From positions 186,001 to 250,000 of the forward strand of contig JAKMXF010000299.1 in the NCBI GenBank assembly GCA_024704765.1: DNA of 64,000 nt. The letters are read 5' to 3'. Below, piece after piece: positions 22,934-41,576 of this stretch; position 1 is the first letter of the stretch, and the number at the start of each line of letters is the position of its first letter. The notes below the pieces were generated by a model that was given only the letters and a program-made list of their open reading frames with translations, had not been told where the DNA came from and ran no database searches. Made by a program: the position numbers and the translations under genes. The DNA comes from Oopsacas minuta (lineage: Eukaryota; Animalia; Porifera).

Positions 22934-25900
22934 TCAATCTCTGATTCTACATTCACATATTGAATTTGGTATTTGAATTAGTCTATTGGGTGTGTCGCTA
23001 GGAGATTGGTCTGAATGGATGTTTAAAATTCCTTTTAGTGATTGTTGAATTAGATTCTGTTTAATTTGGTTATGAGTTAGAGTAGGACATTTCTCTAGCT
23101 GTATAGCAGCTATACCGGTTACATGGGGACCTGCATATGACGTACCGGTAAAAGTATCTGTACAAGTTGAACAGGAAAGAGAAGCAGATTTAATATCCTT
23201 CCCTAGCAACGAATACTTAATAAAATATGTGATGTTAAGTAATAATTATTGTATTTACCTGGAGCGAACAAATCAACACAAGGTCCATAGTTACTAATTG
23301 TCATCACGGTTTGAGCGGGAGTAGTACCGCCTACCACGATGGGTAGCGTCAAATTAGCTGGTAAATACTCACAAGCAGATTTACCATCATTTCCAGCTAT
23401 AGTAACGAATACACAACCAGCATTAACTAGCTCTCTTATACTATTCATAAGTGTATATCTCCATCCAGCAGATGAGTAATGCATCTCACCGAATACTGAT
23501 GCAGAGACGATACATGGTGAACGATGCCGCTGTAATTCCCTGTGACTATATAAGGAAATTCCCTGTATAAATCGTACTGGTTAATTACTGATAAATAAAT
23601 ACCTTAATATTTGTTCAATTCCATCAGCGAACATTCCCCAACTCCCTGATATATCTGATTTCAGAATTCTAACAGAGAACAGATCTACTCCAGGAGCTAC
23701 ACCCAAATCTCTGCCTCCTATTACTCCAGATACACTAGTACCATGTCCATGTGTGTCTCTACCTTCATGTTTCTCACTGAAATACTATAAATTAAAATAT
23801 CGCATTACATAAAATAATTAAGCAGTTCCCAACCTTTTTCACCCGTGGACCCCCTATACCAATTTTAACTCATTCTGTGGACCTCCTCCCAGGCTGAAAT
23901 ACAAATTATAAGATCCTGGGGACCCCCTGCTGTCGTTCGTGGACCACCAAGGAACAGCTGAAATAATATATAGGATTAAAAGCTATACATACCTGATCTA
24001 CTATATCAAATCCTGGGTATCTAGCTCTGCCCTCAAATTGTGTATGTTCATACATTATACCTGTATCCATGACGTATACAGATACAGATTTACCTGTCAA
24101 GCCATCTGGTCTGTTAAGACAGCTGTCAGAACTGTCACTCCCATCCAATATATCCAGATTCCACTCTTTGGTAGATTGAATACAATCATGCGAACCTTCC
24201 TATAATTAGCTAGTGTATAAACTAATATATGTGCATATGTTTAATGGAAATAATGACATAATTAGAAAATCTGTAAAATACAATTACTCTTAAGAGAAAC
24301 AGTTATAATTCTATTACTACCATCAACAGTTATCCCTCTTGGTATATTAAACTCTCCAGGTCCATTCATACCCTTAGTACCAATAGACTGTATGTATATT
24401 CCATCAGGAGAGAACACGAGCAACCGGTCGCATCCCTGGTCACTGAATATGAAATATCCTGACAAGTCAATGGTAAAGAAAATGGAAGAGAAAGGGTTTG
24501 ACTCAAGTAGTATAGTCGATAATTCTCCAGAAAATGTGAATATTTTCAAGTTTACTATGTCAAAATCAATTACATAGATCTTGTTATTAAATATACTGAT
24601 ATCTTTAGGTTGTAGCAATTCATGGTGTAGATATTGGAAATAATAAGGTGGACTGTGACAGAACACAAACACGCGGTTATTCCCACTATCACAAATGTAT
24701 AAGTCACCATCTGAATCTATAGCGATACCTTTCGCAAACTGCATTTTATATAACCCCCCATTAAAATACGTCACAAAATCTCCGTTTAAACTGAAGACTC
24801 CCACAATACTCCTGTCATAATCACTTACAAACACAAACCCATCACTAATAGCAAGCTTATACGGAAATGCTACTTCAGTCCTATCAGCTAGGAGATGGAA
24901 TTTGAATCGATAGTCAGCTGATTTGGAAAATACTTTAACTTCCCTAGTGTAAATATCAGTAATGTATATGTCCTGTGATGTTGATTCAACGCAAACACCA
25001 ATTGGTTTCCTCAAATGTCCGTATGTAATACCTTCACTAACTGTTGCAATTAACGGGTTAGGATAAATTGGGTAATTTCGTTGTGATTTGATCATTTGTC
25101 TAATAGCACACAATTATAGATATATTGATGAGGGAATTGATTAGTAATACAGTGTAAGGAAGGGTAAAACAGAATTTGAAATTCGTAAATATTACATAAG
25201 GAAAAATCGTAAATTTGATTAATCTTAGCAAACTCTGAGTTGTTAAACAGAGAATGCATTATAGATCTTAATAATGATGGTAATGCATAAATTAGTTGAG
25301 TATCAAATAACTCGTAAAAATATGTATATAAATGATTAAATATATATTTGGGTTTTAAGCCAAATTTATTGAAACTTGAAATGTCGATAAAAGAATTCAC
25401 TTGTGAATCTTGTCATAAACTGCGGTATATGACATACATCCTAGAATGCGGTCATATCAAGTGTAAACGTTGCTTAGAAAGTAGTAGTAGTATTGATCCA
25501 GAAGATACAGATAATACAGCGTGTCGAGTTTGTAATAACAATCAAGCTGAATTACAAGAGAACTTTCTCCATGAACATTTGGATCTATTAACAGAGATTA
25601 GATCAAACTTTCAAAACGAAAACCACAACGCTAAATGTGATCTATGTTTGGTGGAAAATAACCATAAGATAGAATTCTATTGTTTTGATAAGAACCGTTA
25701 CTTCTGTGAAGCTCATTTCGAGAAACATAACGATAACAAAGATTGTCTGTCTATGGACAAGATGGAAGTACTTAAAGATGACTTTAAAATACTACAAACA
25801 CGTAGAAGTCAACTTGACCCAATGTGTAGCCAGAACCACAACCGTGATGCAGAATATATTTGTTGTGGAAAGTTATTATGTCACAGGTGTAAAAACACTA

Positions 25901-27949
25901 ATCACAGAAATCATAAGTCTACTGGAGCTAAAGATGCGATAGAACAAGCTAGGAACACAATAGAACTTGAGAAAGGTTACGTTGAGAAACGAAGAAATGA
26001 TGTTAAACTCGAAGCAAAACAGTTACAAGAGAAAATTTCAAAACATGAACAAATATTCCACGAAGAAAATAAAGCTGTTACGAACGAGTTCAATGAAAAA
26101 ATTAAAAGATTGGTTGAGGAAAGAGATGATAAACTGAAAAAAATGGAGAAAGAACACAAAAATAAAGTAAGAATATTGGAAGAAGCAAAAGAAAGGAATG
26201 AAGAAAATCTTCAAACAGTTTACAGGTTTGAAAAGCTAGCTAAACTATCTCTTGAAATACTTCCACCATTACAACAGATCATGCACGTCGAGGCTATAAG
26301 AAAAATGTTACGAAAAGTGAATAAACATGATGATGATGATGATGATAGAGAAGATGTATTGGAAAATTTCAAACCTAGAAAACGCGAAAAACCTACAGAA
26401 TACGCACCTAAATTAAAAATAATACCTTCACTACCACCAAAACCAAGAACTCCATCCCCACCAACTCCCAAACCAAGACCACCATCAATATCAGCATTAC
26501 CAACTTCAACTCCAAAACCAACAGTCAAAAAAGATCACATCAAAATTGAAACACGAAAACCTGAAAATTCTCCGCGTTTACCCAGGAAAACAGCCTACAA
26601 AAATTCTTATACACCAAGCGCGAACACATTAACCATCAAATGTCCTGATAATACCAAAGTATTATCTGACGTCACTGTTGATAAGAACAACAATATTTAC
26701 ACAGCTGATCCCACTTGCAATTCAATATTAGTTTTCAACATGTACGGTAAATTCGTGGAGAAAATACACACCCCATGTGCTTCAATACAGACCCTATGCT
26801 ATTTCAGTGATAGAATAATATTCTCCACAAGCGATAACAAGGCATACCAAGTATCTATAAAGGATAAAGTAGTGAATGAGATAGCTGAATACTTAATCTT
26901 CATAAAAGGCAGACCGTTTATAAAACCACACGGTATGGCGTCTAGCATTGATGGGAACCTTCTCTACGTATGTGATCAAGCGGATGACCAAATATACATA
27001 CTTAACGATAAGCTAAAGAAAATGCAATCAATTGGGGGGATTACAGAGCCGATTGCTATAGCCGTTGCTCCTAATTCAAACATTTACGTGCTCTGTAGGG
27101 ATAATAAAGTAATCGTGATAAACGAGAAGAATGAGAGACGTAGTTTGGAATTAGGTAATCTGAGCGGGAGAGCTGAATACATAGCAACTAACCAAGTAAA
27201 CCAAATAATGATAAGTGATACAAAATGTCATTGTATTGATGTCTACAATGAAGATGGAAGTAAAGTAAGATCTTTCGTAGGATATTCACAGACAGAGCGA
27301 GTTAATTCTCCAGTTGGTATAACAGTTGATGGAGAAGGCAGATTGATAGTAGCAGAAGAGGATAGTAAACAAATAAAAGTGTTTTCACAATCTGTATTTC
27401 AGAGTAATGTGTATTAGTTAATTTTGTATATGTGTGTGTGTATGGATGGATGTAAATTCATAATATATTCAAATAATTAAATTATGAATTTATTATGATC
27501 TATTGAAGCTTCCTAATACGCTTACCATTGAAGCACAATCTTCATAACTTTGTCCAGGACGTATAACGTGATCTTCTTGAATATAAAAAACCAAATGACT
27601 TCTCATTACCTAAAATTATAAGCATAAATAGAAAATTAATTCATTGTTATTATAAGTAAAAAGTTCTTACGAGTGAGAGAAGATTTTGTGATAATCTAGC
27701 AGTGAATCCCAGATGTGTCTTGTGAGATTTCGCGATCAATTTGAACTCATCACCTTGTGAGATATCCTTCACTTTTCGTATAAGACATTCTCTTGAAGAA
27801 GGAGGAGCACTTCTCTTCAGGACAACAGAATAAATCCCCGAATAGTCATGTACAGTTGACGAATAGTAAACAGGCGCCCATCCATATACGTAGTGTATCC
27901 ATAAGAATAGCAATACGAATATGTACCTCATTAAGCTATATCTATTCAT
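22934..27949 (-). CDS. Secreted S8 subtilase (proteinase K-like) with I9 propeptide, 6 exons; intron 2 hosts two genes
   Basis: Phase-consistent exons 27671-27949 (signal peptide, GFTARLS), 27526-27609, 23993-24199 (YVMDTGI), 23603-23784 (HGHGT), 23259-23539 (AGN, NYGPCVDLFAPG), 22934-23202 (GTSYAGPHV). Confidence 0.9.
23820..23960. mobile_element. hAT-like MITE remnant in subtilase intron
   Basis: AAGCAGTTCCCAACCTTTTTCACCCGTGG and GTCGTTCGTGGACCACCAAGG match the reverse complement of 3771-3849. Confidence 0.55.
24262..25095 (-). CDS. Stand-alone NHL-repeat protein, intronless, nested on the same strand inside subtilase intron 2
   Basis: About 277 aa from ATG 25095; NHL repeats KPIGVCV, PYKLAISDG, AKGIAIDSDGDLYICDSGNNRVFVF, FNIPRGITVDGSNRII. 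Confidence 0.85.
   Translation of the reverse strand: MIKSQRNYPIYPNPLIATVSEGITYGHLRKPIGVCVESTSQDIYITDIYTREVKVFSKSADYRFKFHLLADRTEVAFPYKLAISDGFVFVSDYDRSIVGVFSLNGDFVTYFNGGLYKMQFAKGIAIDSDGDLYICDSGNNRVFVFCHSPPYYFQYLHHELLQPKDISIFNNKIYVIDFDIVNLKIFTFSGELSTILLESNPFSSIFFTIDLSGYFIFSDQGCDRLLVFSPDGIYIQSIGTKGMNGPGEFNIPRGITVDGSNRIITVSLKSNCILQIF
25381..27417 (+). CDS. TRIM-NHL protein (RING, two B-box-like, coiled coil, Pro-rich linker, NHL repeats), intronless, antisense-nested in subtilase intron 2
   Basis: CESC..CGHIKCKRC..CRVC RING; CDLC..CEAH; CSQNH..CHRC..HRNH; PHGMA, PIAIAV, PVGITVDGEGRLIVAE. Confidence 0.92.
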   Translation: MSIKEFTCESCHKLRYMTYILECGHIKCKRCLESSSSIDPEDTDNTACRVCNNNQAELQENFLHEHLDLLTEIRSNFQNENHNAKCDLCLVENNHKIEFYCFDKNRYFCEAHFEKHNDNKDCLSMDKMEVLKDDFKILQTRRSQLDPMCSQNHNRDAEYICCGKLLCHRCKNTNHRNHKSTGAKDAIEQARNTIELEKGYVEKRRNDVKLEAKQLQEKISKHEQIFHEENKAVTNEFNEKIKRLVEERDDKLKKMEKEHKNKVRILEEAKERNEENLQTVYRFEKLAKLSLEILPPLQQIMHVEAIRKMLRKVNKHDDDDDDREDVLENFKPRKREKPTEYAPKLKIIPSLPPKPRTPSPPTPKPRPPSISALPTSTPKPTVKKDHIKIETRKPENSPRLPRKTAYKNSYTPSANTLTIKCPDNTKVLSDVTVDKNNNIYTADPTCNSILVFNMYGKFVEKIHTPCASIQTLCYFSDRIIFSTSDNKAYQVSIKDKVVNEIAEYLIFIKGRPFIKPHGMASSIDGNLLYVCDQADDQIYILNDKLKKMQSIGGITEPIAIAVAPNSNIYVLCRDNKVIVINEKNERRSLELGNLSGRAEYIATNQVNQIMISDTKCHCIDVYNEDGSKVRSFVGYSQTERVNSPVGITVDGEGRLIVAEEDSKQIKVFSQSVFQSNVY

Positions 27950-28160
27950 ACATTAATTCATCATAAATATAATGTTTACGTTACCAATAATCCCTCGAAT
28001 ATATCAACAAGTAAACAACAGAATAGAAGCTTCATATCATAACAACATAAGCGAAAAACATTCTGTAATACAAACAATAAACATGAATAACAATCCATCT
28101 ACAAAGTATAACAAAAGTCGATCAGCTGATTAATTATTCTGTATTCGTGCACATACAATA

Positions 28161-28188
28161 ACAACAACAACAACAACAACAACAACAA
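28161..28188. repeat. (CAA)n microsatellite
   Basis: About 9 perfect ACA/CAA units. Confidence 0.9.
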
Positions 28189-28404
28189 ACACCCAACACC
28201 TTGAAGTGATCTGTTAATTGCATGAGCGGTGAAGGAAAATAATAATAATGCTGTCAATTAAATCACTGATAAAAATGTAGACGGGGCTAAGCCATATAAA
28301 ATTATACAAATTCAGGTTTAAACTGCGATATTAATATCTATTTAGACCTGAACACGATATGAGGGGGAGATAGGTGCGGGCAAGCCATGGCTGTAAACAC
28401 GTAA

Positions 28405-30660
28405 TTAACTTGTTTTCGTATTCTCAGCGGCTAATAATTGCTTCTTGAGTTGTTCAATTCTCAGCTGTTGTTTCCGTATAGAGTCATCAGATATTTGAGA
28501 TTGTTGTGTTGATGATGTTGATGTAGGTATTGGATGAATGATAGGTCTATTCTGTATTATTTGAGTAGCATTTGGTGTATTTAATTTGATTTGTTGTTGT
28601 TGACCGTTGTTTGTGTTTCCAATTGCATTCGGATTCAGCAATAAAACTAGAATAAAATAATAATAACTTTCTTGGAAACTTTTCGCAATTTTCCTGTACT
28701 TACCTTCTTTATTGGATAGAGCGGTAGAATTATTGATCAATATTTTATTACCCCCTGTATGTGCTGGTGTCTGGTTAGATACAATCTGTATTAGATTAGA
28801 TCCACCAGTAGCAGGAGCAGATCCCTGAATGAAGTTATGTGACTGTCCTCCTCGCCCAATTCCCATCTGCATATTTTGCGGAATTTGTCCCTGGATAATA
28901 TACATTGGGTTCGTGGGCTTTCCTTGCGTTACAGCAGTTGGTTTACTGGGAATAGGCTTGGTTAGTCTAGGCTGTTGTAGAGTTGTACAGTTTGGCTGTA
29001 TCTGGGGGTGTTCAGGCTCCGATTTAGCAGGAGACTTAAGAAGTAAGGCATGCAGCTGATTGACAGTAGCTGGTGATAAGTTATGATTAGTGTTTGAGAG
29101 CAGATTGGGGGCAAGACTAGATGACATTATGTTAAGTGATATGGGAATACCCTGTTGAGCATGGTGTATCTTTGTGGATTGAAATACACCAGCAGAGCCT
29201 TGCATAGGAGGGCTAGAGATTTTGTTTATAATAGGAGCTGAATGAAGCGAGTTTGTTTGGTTAGAAATAGCAGATCCTTGCATGTTATCTGCATGAACTG
29301 GATTAGGTTGTATTATGATACTGGAGTGTATGGGATTTGTTGAAGGAGGTGGAGTCATTATCTCACCTAGATAAAAGTTACATAAATTAGCTGATCCACC
29401 CCCAAAAATTATAGCATGATTACAGTAATATATTTTAGACATAAAGCTTTATAATTGACAAAATCTTAATCAATGAAATCGAGACTATAACATGACGTAA
29501 TACCTGTCTTCCCATCTACAGGATAGAAGCTCTTTAGTCGGTTATCCCAGTGACCTTGAAATAGTCCGTTCTGTAGCAATTTCTCAGGCATCGTGTCATC
29601 TGAATTGGTGTGGTCAGGACGAACATATTCAATCGGGAGCCTCATTACTCCACACGTTTGTCTCAGTGGTTTCATCATGGAAGCTTTTTTCAATGAAGGA
29701 GAAAGCGTACTGAGTGGTCTATATTAGAATACAATAAAACAGGAAAGTAGTATACAATCAGAGAGAGCCAGTCTGCCTATTTGTATGTAGAAATGTAAAG
29801 AAAGCCAAGTAATTACATCACGTTTTAGGTGAAAATGGGTTGGAAAGAAAACAATCAAATAATATGTGAAACTAGTTAGAAACGCTAAAATATATCCTTG
29901 TTTGCGATATAATGCTTTTGCTAATAAACAATACGTTACGTTGAGCAGAGTTCAAAGTTCATTGACCTTATCTATAATCAACTCTAATAATTAACTTATT
30001 AACATAGCCTGGGGTAATCTAAGACACCTTATAGACAATACGGAGTACGATTACAATGGATCTTTTATTCATATCTCTTTGTGGGTATTATTTGGTGTAT
30101 TCAGAAAATTATAGTATGGGACCTACGTAATCACATGGTGGCCGATGGTATTTTCGATGAACTATATATGTCACATTAAGTAACTATTCATTGCCTAAAA
30201 TTGTTGATCCCGAAAATGTAACTCAATACGGAGTAGCATGTGATCTATAGGAAATATAGTTGTGGACAATCTGTGAAATTTCGGGGATACAAAAATAGTC
30301 GTAGAAATAATCAACAAGTGCTAGCCTATGTGTAGGATAAAATGAGTTATAATAGCTAAAAATATATGAGCAAAATAGTCAATGTATTTTATATATGTGA
30401 AGAGAGCATATACGGGATATTACAGACTAATCAAGTAAATTGTGAAATGAAATTCCGTATTAGTAATATTATCGTAAAGTATAGTTTATTTATTATGATC
30501 CATAGTTATTAAAAACTCACGATTTTGGGCTCTCTTCTGCAGGGATATTTCTTGGTGATCTTCTTGGTGGAGATCTGGTAGTTGGTATTGATTGAACTTT
30601 GGTTAAGGGTGGACTTATTACTTTGGGGGTGATTTTAATTTTCTTTGGCGGAGATCTTCT
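28405..30660 (-). CDS. Unknown Q/N/P/S-rich low-complexity protein, 3' exons; 5' end may extend to about 32460
   Basis: Exons 28405-28646, 28704-29366, about 29505-29718 (GLFQGHWDNRLKSFYP) join in phase; RSPP-containing exon near 30526-30660; C-terminal coiled coil RKQQLRIEQLKKQLL. Candidate first exons MSSIAALPGL.. (~32377-32460) and ~32023-32100 not firmly linked. Confidence 0.6.
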
Positions 30661-31778
30661 ATATATTTAATAATGTGTAACTCAATTAAATTGATTAAAA
30701 CAATCAGTAAATAAATAATGGTAGACATACGTGTACATTTTCTAAATTTGAAAACGATATATTTGTTGTTCGAACAAACATCGGCGCGAGATATTTCTAT
30801 TTTAAGAACAAACCAGTAATGTTCTTGTGTATTTCCGGTATAATTAAGGGCAATTGGAACTGAGAATCCATAAATGAGATAAACAATAAAATTCGCCAGT
30901 GGCATAAGTCATAATAATATAAGTGAATAACAATTATTTACTGGTAAATAATTAGCACATGAAAAATCATCAATCCAACCACATGCACATAAAAGATAAT
31001 TTCTAAGCTTCTACAATTCAATACTCAAATCTTAGATAATTAGAAGCACATATGGTCAATGGCATTTATTAAACGGTTAAAGGTAATTTATAACTTTAAT
31101 TGAAGAATGCCTAAATAAAATATGATAAATCCGATTTGTGTATATATCACTAATGGTTTCTGAGGCCAAATTAAATTTCTATGGCCAGCATAGCTTCGGG
31201 AAACATAAGTGTTACTTTGAAATAATCTGATGTAAGTGTAATGACTATATGACAATAAATTATACAAGTATTCCCATATAGAAATAGTTAATAAGGTAAT
31301 TAATATATCTGAATAACATCGTCAGTTGACCTAAACCTTAGAAAAAGAGATCTTGAAGAGTGAATTAAGGATGAATTGAAGAATGGTTACAGGATCATTC
31401 GTCGTGTGTATAGAGTAATGAATGTATAAGTTAGAATCCTATTTGAGTAATAGACAGTGAAAAATTATTTTACATAAAGTGATTCGTGGCTATATTTCAA
31501 AATTATAAATAACTTTTAGTTTAAAGTTGTAAAAATCAGTCAAAGTTAATGAGTTGTCATTTTTAATGAACTTCATGTCATCCTATCCTATTCCATGTAT
31601 ATTGACTCCTGATATTGAAAAGGAAATATATACTATGAATCAGCCTTGATACGGATCAGCACTGAATAGTCAATTTCATTCAGAGCACAAACACCCAAAA
31701 AATATGCTTTCAGAATTGACAAAGTGCCTTAAGTTTTTCAGAAATATGTTTTTAAAATATTTCCCAAAAATTGATGTA

Positions 31779-31875
31779 CAGTGGAAACCGCTTATTAGCA
31801 AATTTGAATGAGTTTTCCTTGCTAATACGCGAATTTGCAATTATACAAAATGCTAATAGTAGGCGAATTCCACTG
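31779..31875. mobile_element. MITE, CAGTGGAA family
   Basis: CAGTGGAAACCGCTTATTAGCA / TGCTAATAGTAGGCGAATTCCACTG, TA flanks. Confidence 0.75.
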
Positions 31876-34800
31876 TATTTATGAAAATTTCCTGAAAATA
31901 TCAGTCCTCTAAAAATTATGTGTTTATATTAAATCAAATAATATTAGTTGCTAGGTAATCTTATTTCCAAGCTTGCAATCTTACTGAACCTATTATACCA
32001 TAAATTATCCGATATTTAGGCTACCGAAAGGGCCCTGCAATATTTTAAGTAAAATTCTATCCTTTGATACGCCGCACACACACCCTTGGGATGAAATAGC
32101 CATCCTAAAAATATAATTACAGAAAATATATTAAAATTAGTAAAAATGAAGAAATATTTAGTTTTTGAAAACTTAATATTTGAGTAAAATATTTCTAAAA
32201 TAATATAATTCAAAATGTGAAATATTTCTAATTAATCAAGCAAACAATTACTAGATTAAAATTCCAAACTAGAAAAATTGATTTTCCAGAGAAAACCAAC
32301 ATAAAATGAGGAATATATGAACTATACAATTTGAAATCCGACACAATTTATTCAGCTGTATATTAGGCTTACCTAGTGCAGTACACGTTTTTCCCAAAGC
32401 CTGAATTACGACTTTGTTCTCTTCTCGTCAAACCAGGAAGTGCGGCAATAGACGACATCAAATGTATATTTTATAGGTTCAAATGAATTCAACAATTCAA
32501 TAAACAGTTGTAACTTGAATTTAACTTGTAATAACTAGTCTATTATAAGTTTGTGCTAAAGCATATTGACTTATATAAACTTTAAAGTGTGTCTATAATT
32601 AGAATTGGTGTCATAATGTGGTGTAGATCGACAGCTAATTTAACCAAGGATGGTGTGTGGCTGAGGGTCAACATGTTATATTTTCAGAAATATGCTGTTT
32701 TGGGGTCTTAGAAATGTGAAAATAGATTGTTTTTAGAGATTTTATGAGTATTTTTAGTGAATTAAAACGGAGGCGAGAAGACACGGATTAGAGATGATTC
32801 AAATTTTGTTGGAAATATATAGAGGGGTAGACAGGCTTTTAATCTTTAAAATGAAAATTATACACGATTTTGAGAAAAAATATATTTTGTATATATTTTT
32901 CAAATTTTCAGCTCAACAGTTGGTTAGAAAGTTTAACATAAGTGAGGAAGATAATATTTACTTCTAAATATTCTAGTTATTACGAAATTTAACTATTTAA
33001 TTCGAATCAAATGATTGTTAGAGGAAAATTCAGAAGGCCATGTAATTAATTCACAAATCGATATACTTTTAGGAAGAAGTATACAAACTAGAAGGATGTA
33101 TTCCTCTCCAGAGATAAACCAAAAATTATATTACTGTTATGGCATTCCAGGTGATATTTATGCCATAGAGAATCTAAATTATAAGAATGAGCTGAATAAT
33201 TTGTTGTGAACGGAGAGGAAGAAAGAAATATTCAAAAATATCGTTTTTTCACTATCCTTTTATTTAAGATGTATATTTATCTTTTCAAGGATGTACCCCT
33301 CATAATAAGTAAATATTTACATACACCTGCCCATATTTTCGTTTTGCCACACCAACTACGTGAAAATTTGGACAAAAATATGCAAAGATTCGATTTACAC
33401 CAAAAATCGTATATTTTTCATCTGCCTTAATTCCTTTGTTTCTTTTGTAAAATTAGTAGCGGGCAAATGAGTTCTAATGAATAAAATTTGGATCAAACAG
33501 GATCAAAGGTCATGACGTTAAACCAAATGGTAATAGAAATTTACGGACGTTTTGTGGAAATCACCGTTTAACGAATTTACATAATTACTTAATAACCAAT
33601 TTCTCATGTCAACAGAACACATGGATATGATTAAACTAGTTTATCGGCAATATACATAGCAAACACATGTGTTGAATGTTAATATATTAGGCAATACAGA
33701 TGTGTTTTATAACCATCAGTATTAGCAATATTTATAATAATATTAATATATTCAATATCTTAGTGAATATATTTCTAGGGATTTGGTTAATTAAGATGGA
33801 TTATCCTCTTTATTAAGAATTCATTGTTTCAGAGCTAATTTCTATCGATTTTAATTGGAAATCTAAGAACTCGCAATCAAGAAATTCTCAGGGAAATCTA
33901 TAATAATTATGTGTATGATATATGAGAAATTACGTGTGAGGGTAATTTATAAAAATTAATAAATATGCTTTTTAATAAGAAAGTGTTTATCGGGGAAATA
34001 GCGTGTAGAAAGCCACTGAATTAAAATTATACAAATTCCTATTTCACAATTTCAACAAGTAAAGTAAGAGATTATTAAGGAAATTACGTGGAAAGATTGT
34101 GCAATAGTGAAAACAGTAAATCAAATTCATAAAATAATTGTTCCAATCCCAGTAATGATAATTAAATAATTGAATAAAGCTCCAAATCTAATTAACGATA
34201 GATGCTAAATGAGATGCTATGACTGTAAATGGAGTCACAAATTGTAGGATTCAAAGATCGGAGAATGCTTTTGGTCGATGATGGAATATTATATATTTTG
34301 CCTTGGGAGCAATAACATAATATTTGTCAAATAATATGACAAGCTAGTTCACTGGAAAGTACAGACCTCAACGGTCACTATGCATGCTCGCTTACTCGGT
34401 CATGCAATCTCGATGATTACTTGCCAATAAACTAATATTTATTGTATTAAGAAAATATTTCTACTAACATCGTACACCATAAATGTATAATTATCATATA
34501 CGCGTTATGCAGCTGTATGTCTGCACAAATATCGACCCGATTTAATACACGATTCGTACTTGTTTCAAAGTAGAGTAGAAACGATTGCTCTCGATTCGTA
34601 GATAACTTACTTAAAGAATATTATTATTGTAGAGGCCATATAAGAAAATGAAATTTATGCTCCATCCAAATGTATAATCCACAATTTGGAAGTACAAAGA
34701 AATGTTGGAATGTTCAATATTGAACTTAAGTACAATTCGCATGATATATACTGACATGAATTCATAGGACTTAAATTCTTCACAAGGGCAATTTGAAGTG

Positions 34801-35263
34801 TATCAATTTTTGGAAGATATTCGACAAAATCTGTAACAATAGTGCGACATACGAATTTCTGTAATAAGGAGCGAATAGAACGAGAGACGGTGAATTGTGG
34901 CCTATAAGCTATCTGTACATGGAGTGTGGCATAATTATTGAAATTTGGGGAGAGATAAATTAATGTACAGTAATCTTGTAATTAATAACAATGAATTATC
35001 AATCAATTGTTGGTATTTCGAATAATTAGAGAAAGTTGTAAAGAATGGAAATGCGAAATAAAATGTATATAAGTTGCAAGGAAAATAATTACAAGACCAG
35101 ACAGAATACAAAATAAATATAATTGAATCATAGTTGTACTTCACAAAAGATAAAGAATATGCAAACCTAGTTAAAAGCATAGTTTAAAATTATTATCTTG
35201 AACTCTGCATAAAGAAAAGTAAAATCTGGCTAAAGAATATTTATAAAATGTAGAATCGTATTC

Positions 35264-38109
<2,846 letters not shown>

Positions 38110-38524
38110 TTGTAACGACTTGGAATTATCTAATAATGACTAACGGACAGAAGATTAAATAAAATATCTTTGGAGATCTGTTGCCAGATTATAATAAATA
38201 TGGCCGTGGAAAAACAAGAGTAAGAAAGTAAATATGTGTTGTGATATATGCAAATAAGTAAAACAGCTCAACATTTAATATGAGGACAAAATACATAGTA
38301 CTCTTCCATAAGCCACAATTTAATATACGATTGTAGGTACAGAAATCTATATTAAAAATAATTATCCAATTAGAAAACAAAAAAATAACCAGAAGTTCAA
38401 GGTAGAATCCAAAAGGATAGGAGGATATCCAGACGGAGTTAAAAGATCGTATTAGCATAATGAAAAAACATTAACTTGAAATCTGTTTATGAGTATTTAC
38501 AATGGAAAGTAGAATTGGAAATAA

Positions 38525-41012
<2,488 letters not shown>

Positions 41013-41576
41013 TTGTAACGCAATATAATATAAGGAAATGATCTAATACGGTATACAATAGAAAATAGAAGTATATAAATGCTTGTGCAGAGAATGCATA
41101 CACTCTTATAATGAGATCAGAGAATATATAATTTTGTGACAGATGATGGATAACTTCATCAATAATGGAAGCCTGCCATTTCAATAGAAGCCAAAAATTT
41201 GGTCTATTTCAAAAACATAACCATTCGGATATTGCGAGACATTTGGGAATAAACTGAATGAGACTAGCAATACTTTAGGGAATATATAATATTTAACTGG
41301 TGTGACACGGCCCTCACAGATTAGCTATGCAGTGAATAGAAAGAGTATTGAATAGCAAATAATACTTTAGAGGTTGTATTTCTATATAAGAGACTGGTAC
41401 AAGTGTATTGGGGGCATTTATACAATCAAACATCTTATTAATACTTCAAAGTAACTAAACCAGAGTATTTGCCATCAGAAATTAAAATATTCTATATTTG
41501 TGATAATATAATATTTGACATCCATTTTAACATCAAATTAAACACAAGCAATTACACCTATCAATACAGAAATGAG

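Noticed and set aside
38189-38458. Hydrophobic ORFs downstream of both CSK stops (also 34935-35180)
   Set aside because: Consistent with T-rich 3' UTR sequence; no similarity to each other or to known membrane proteins.
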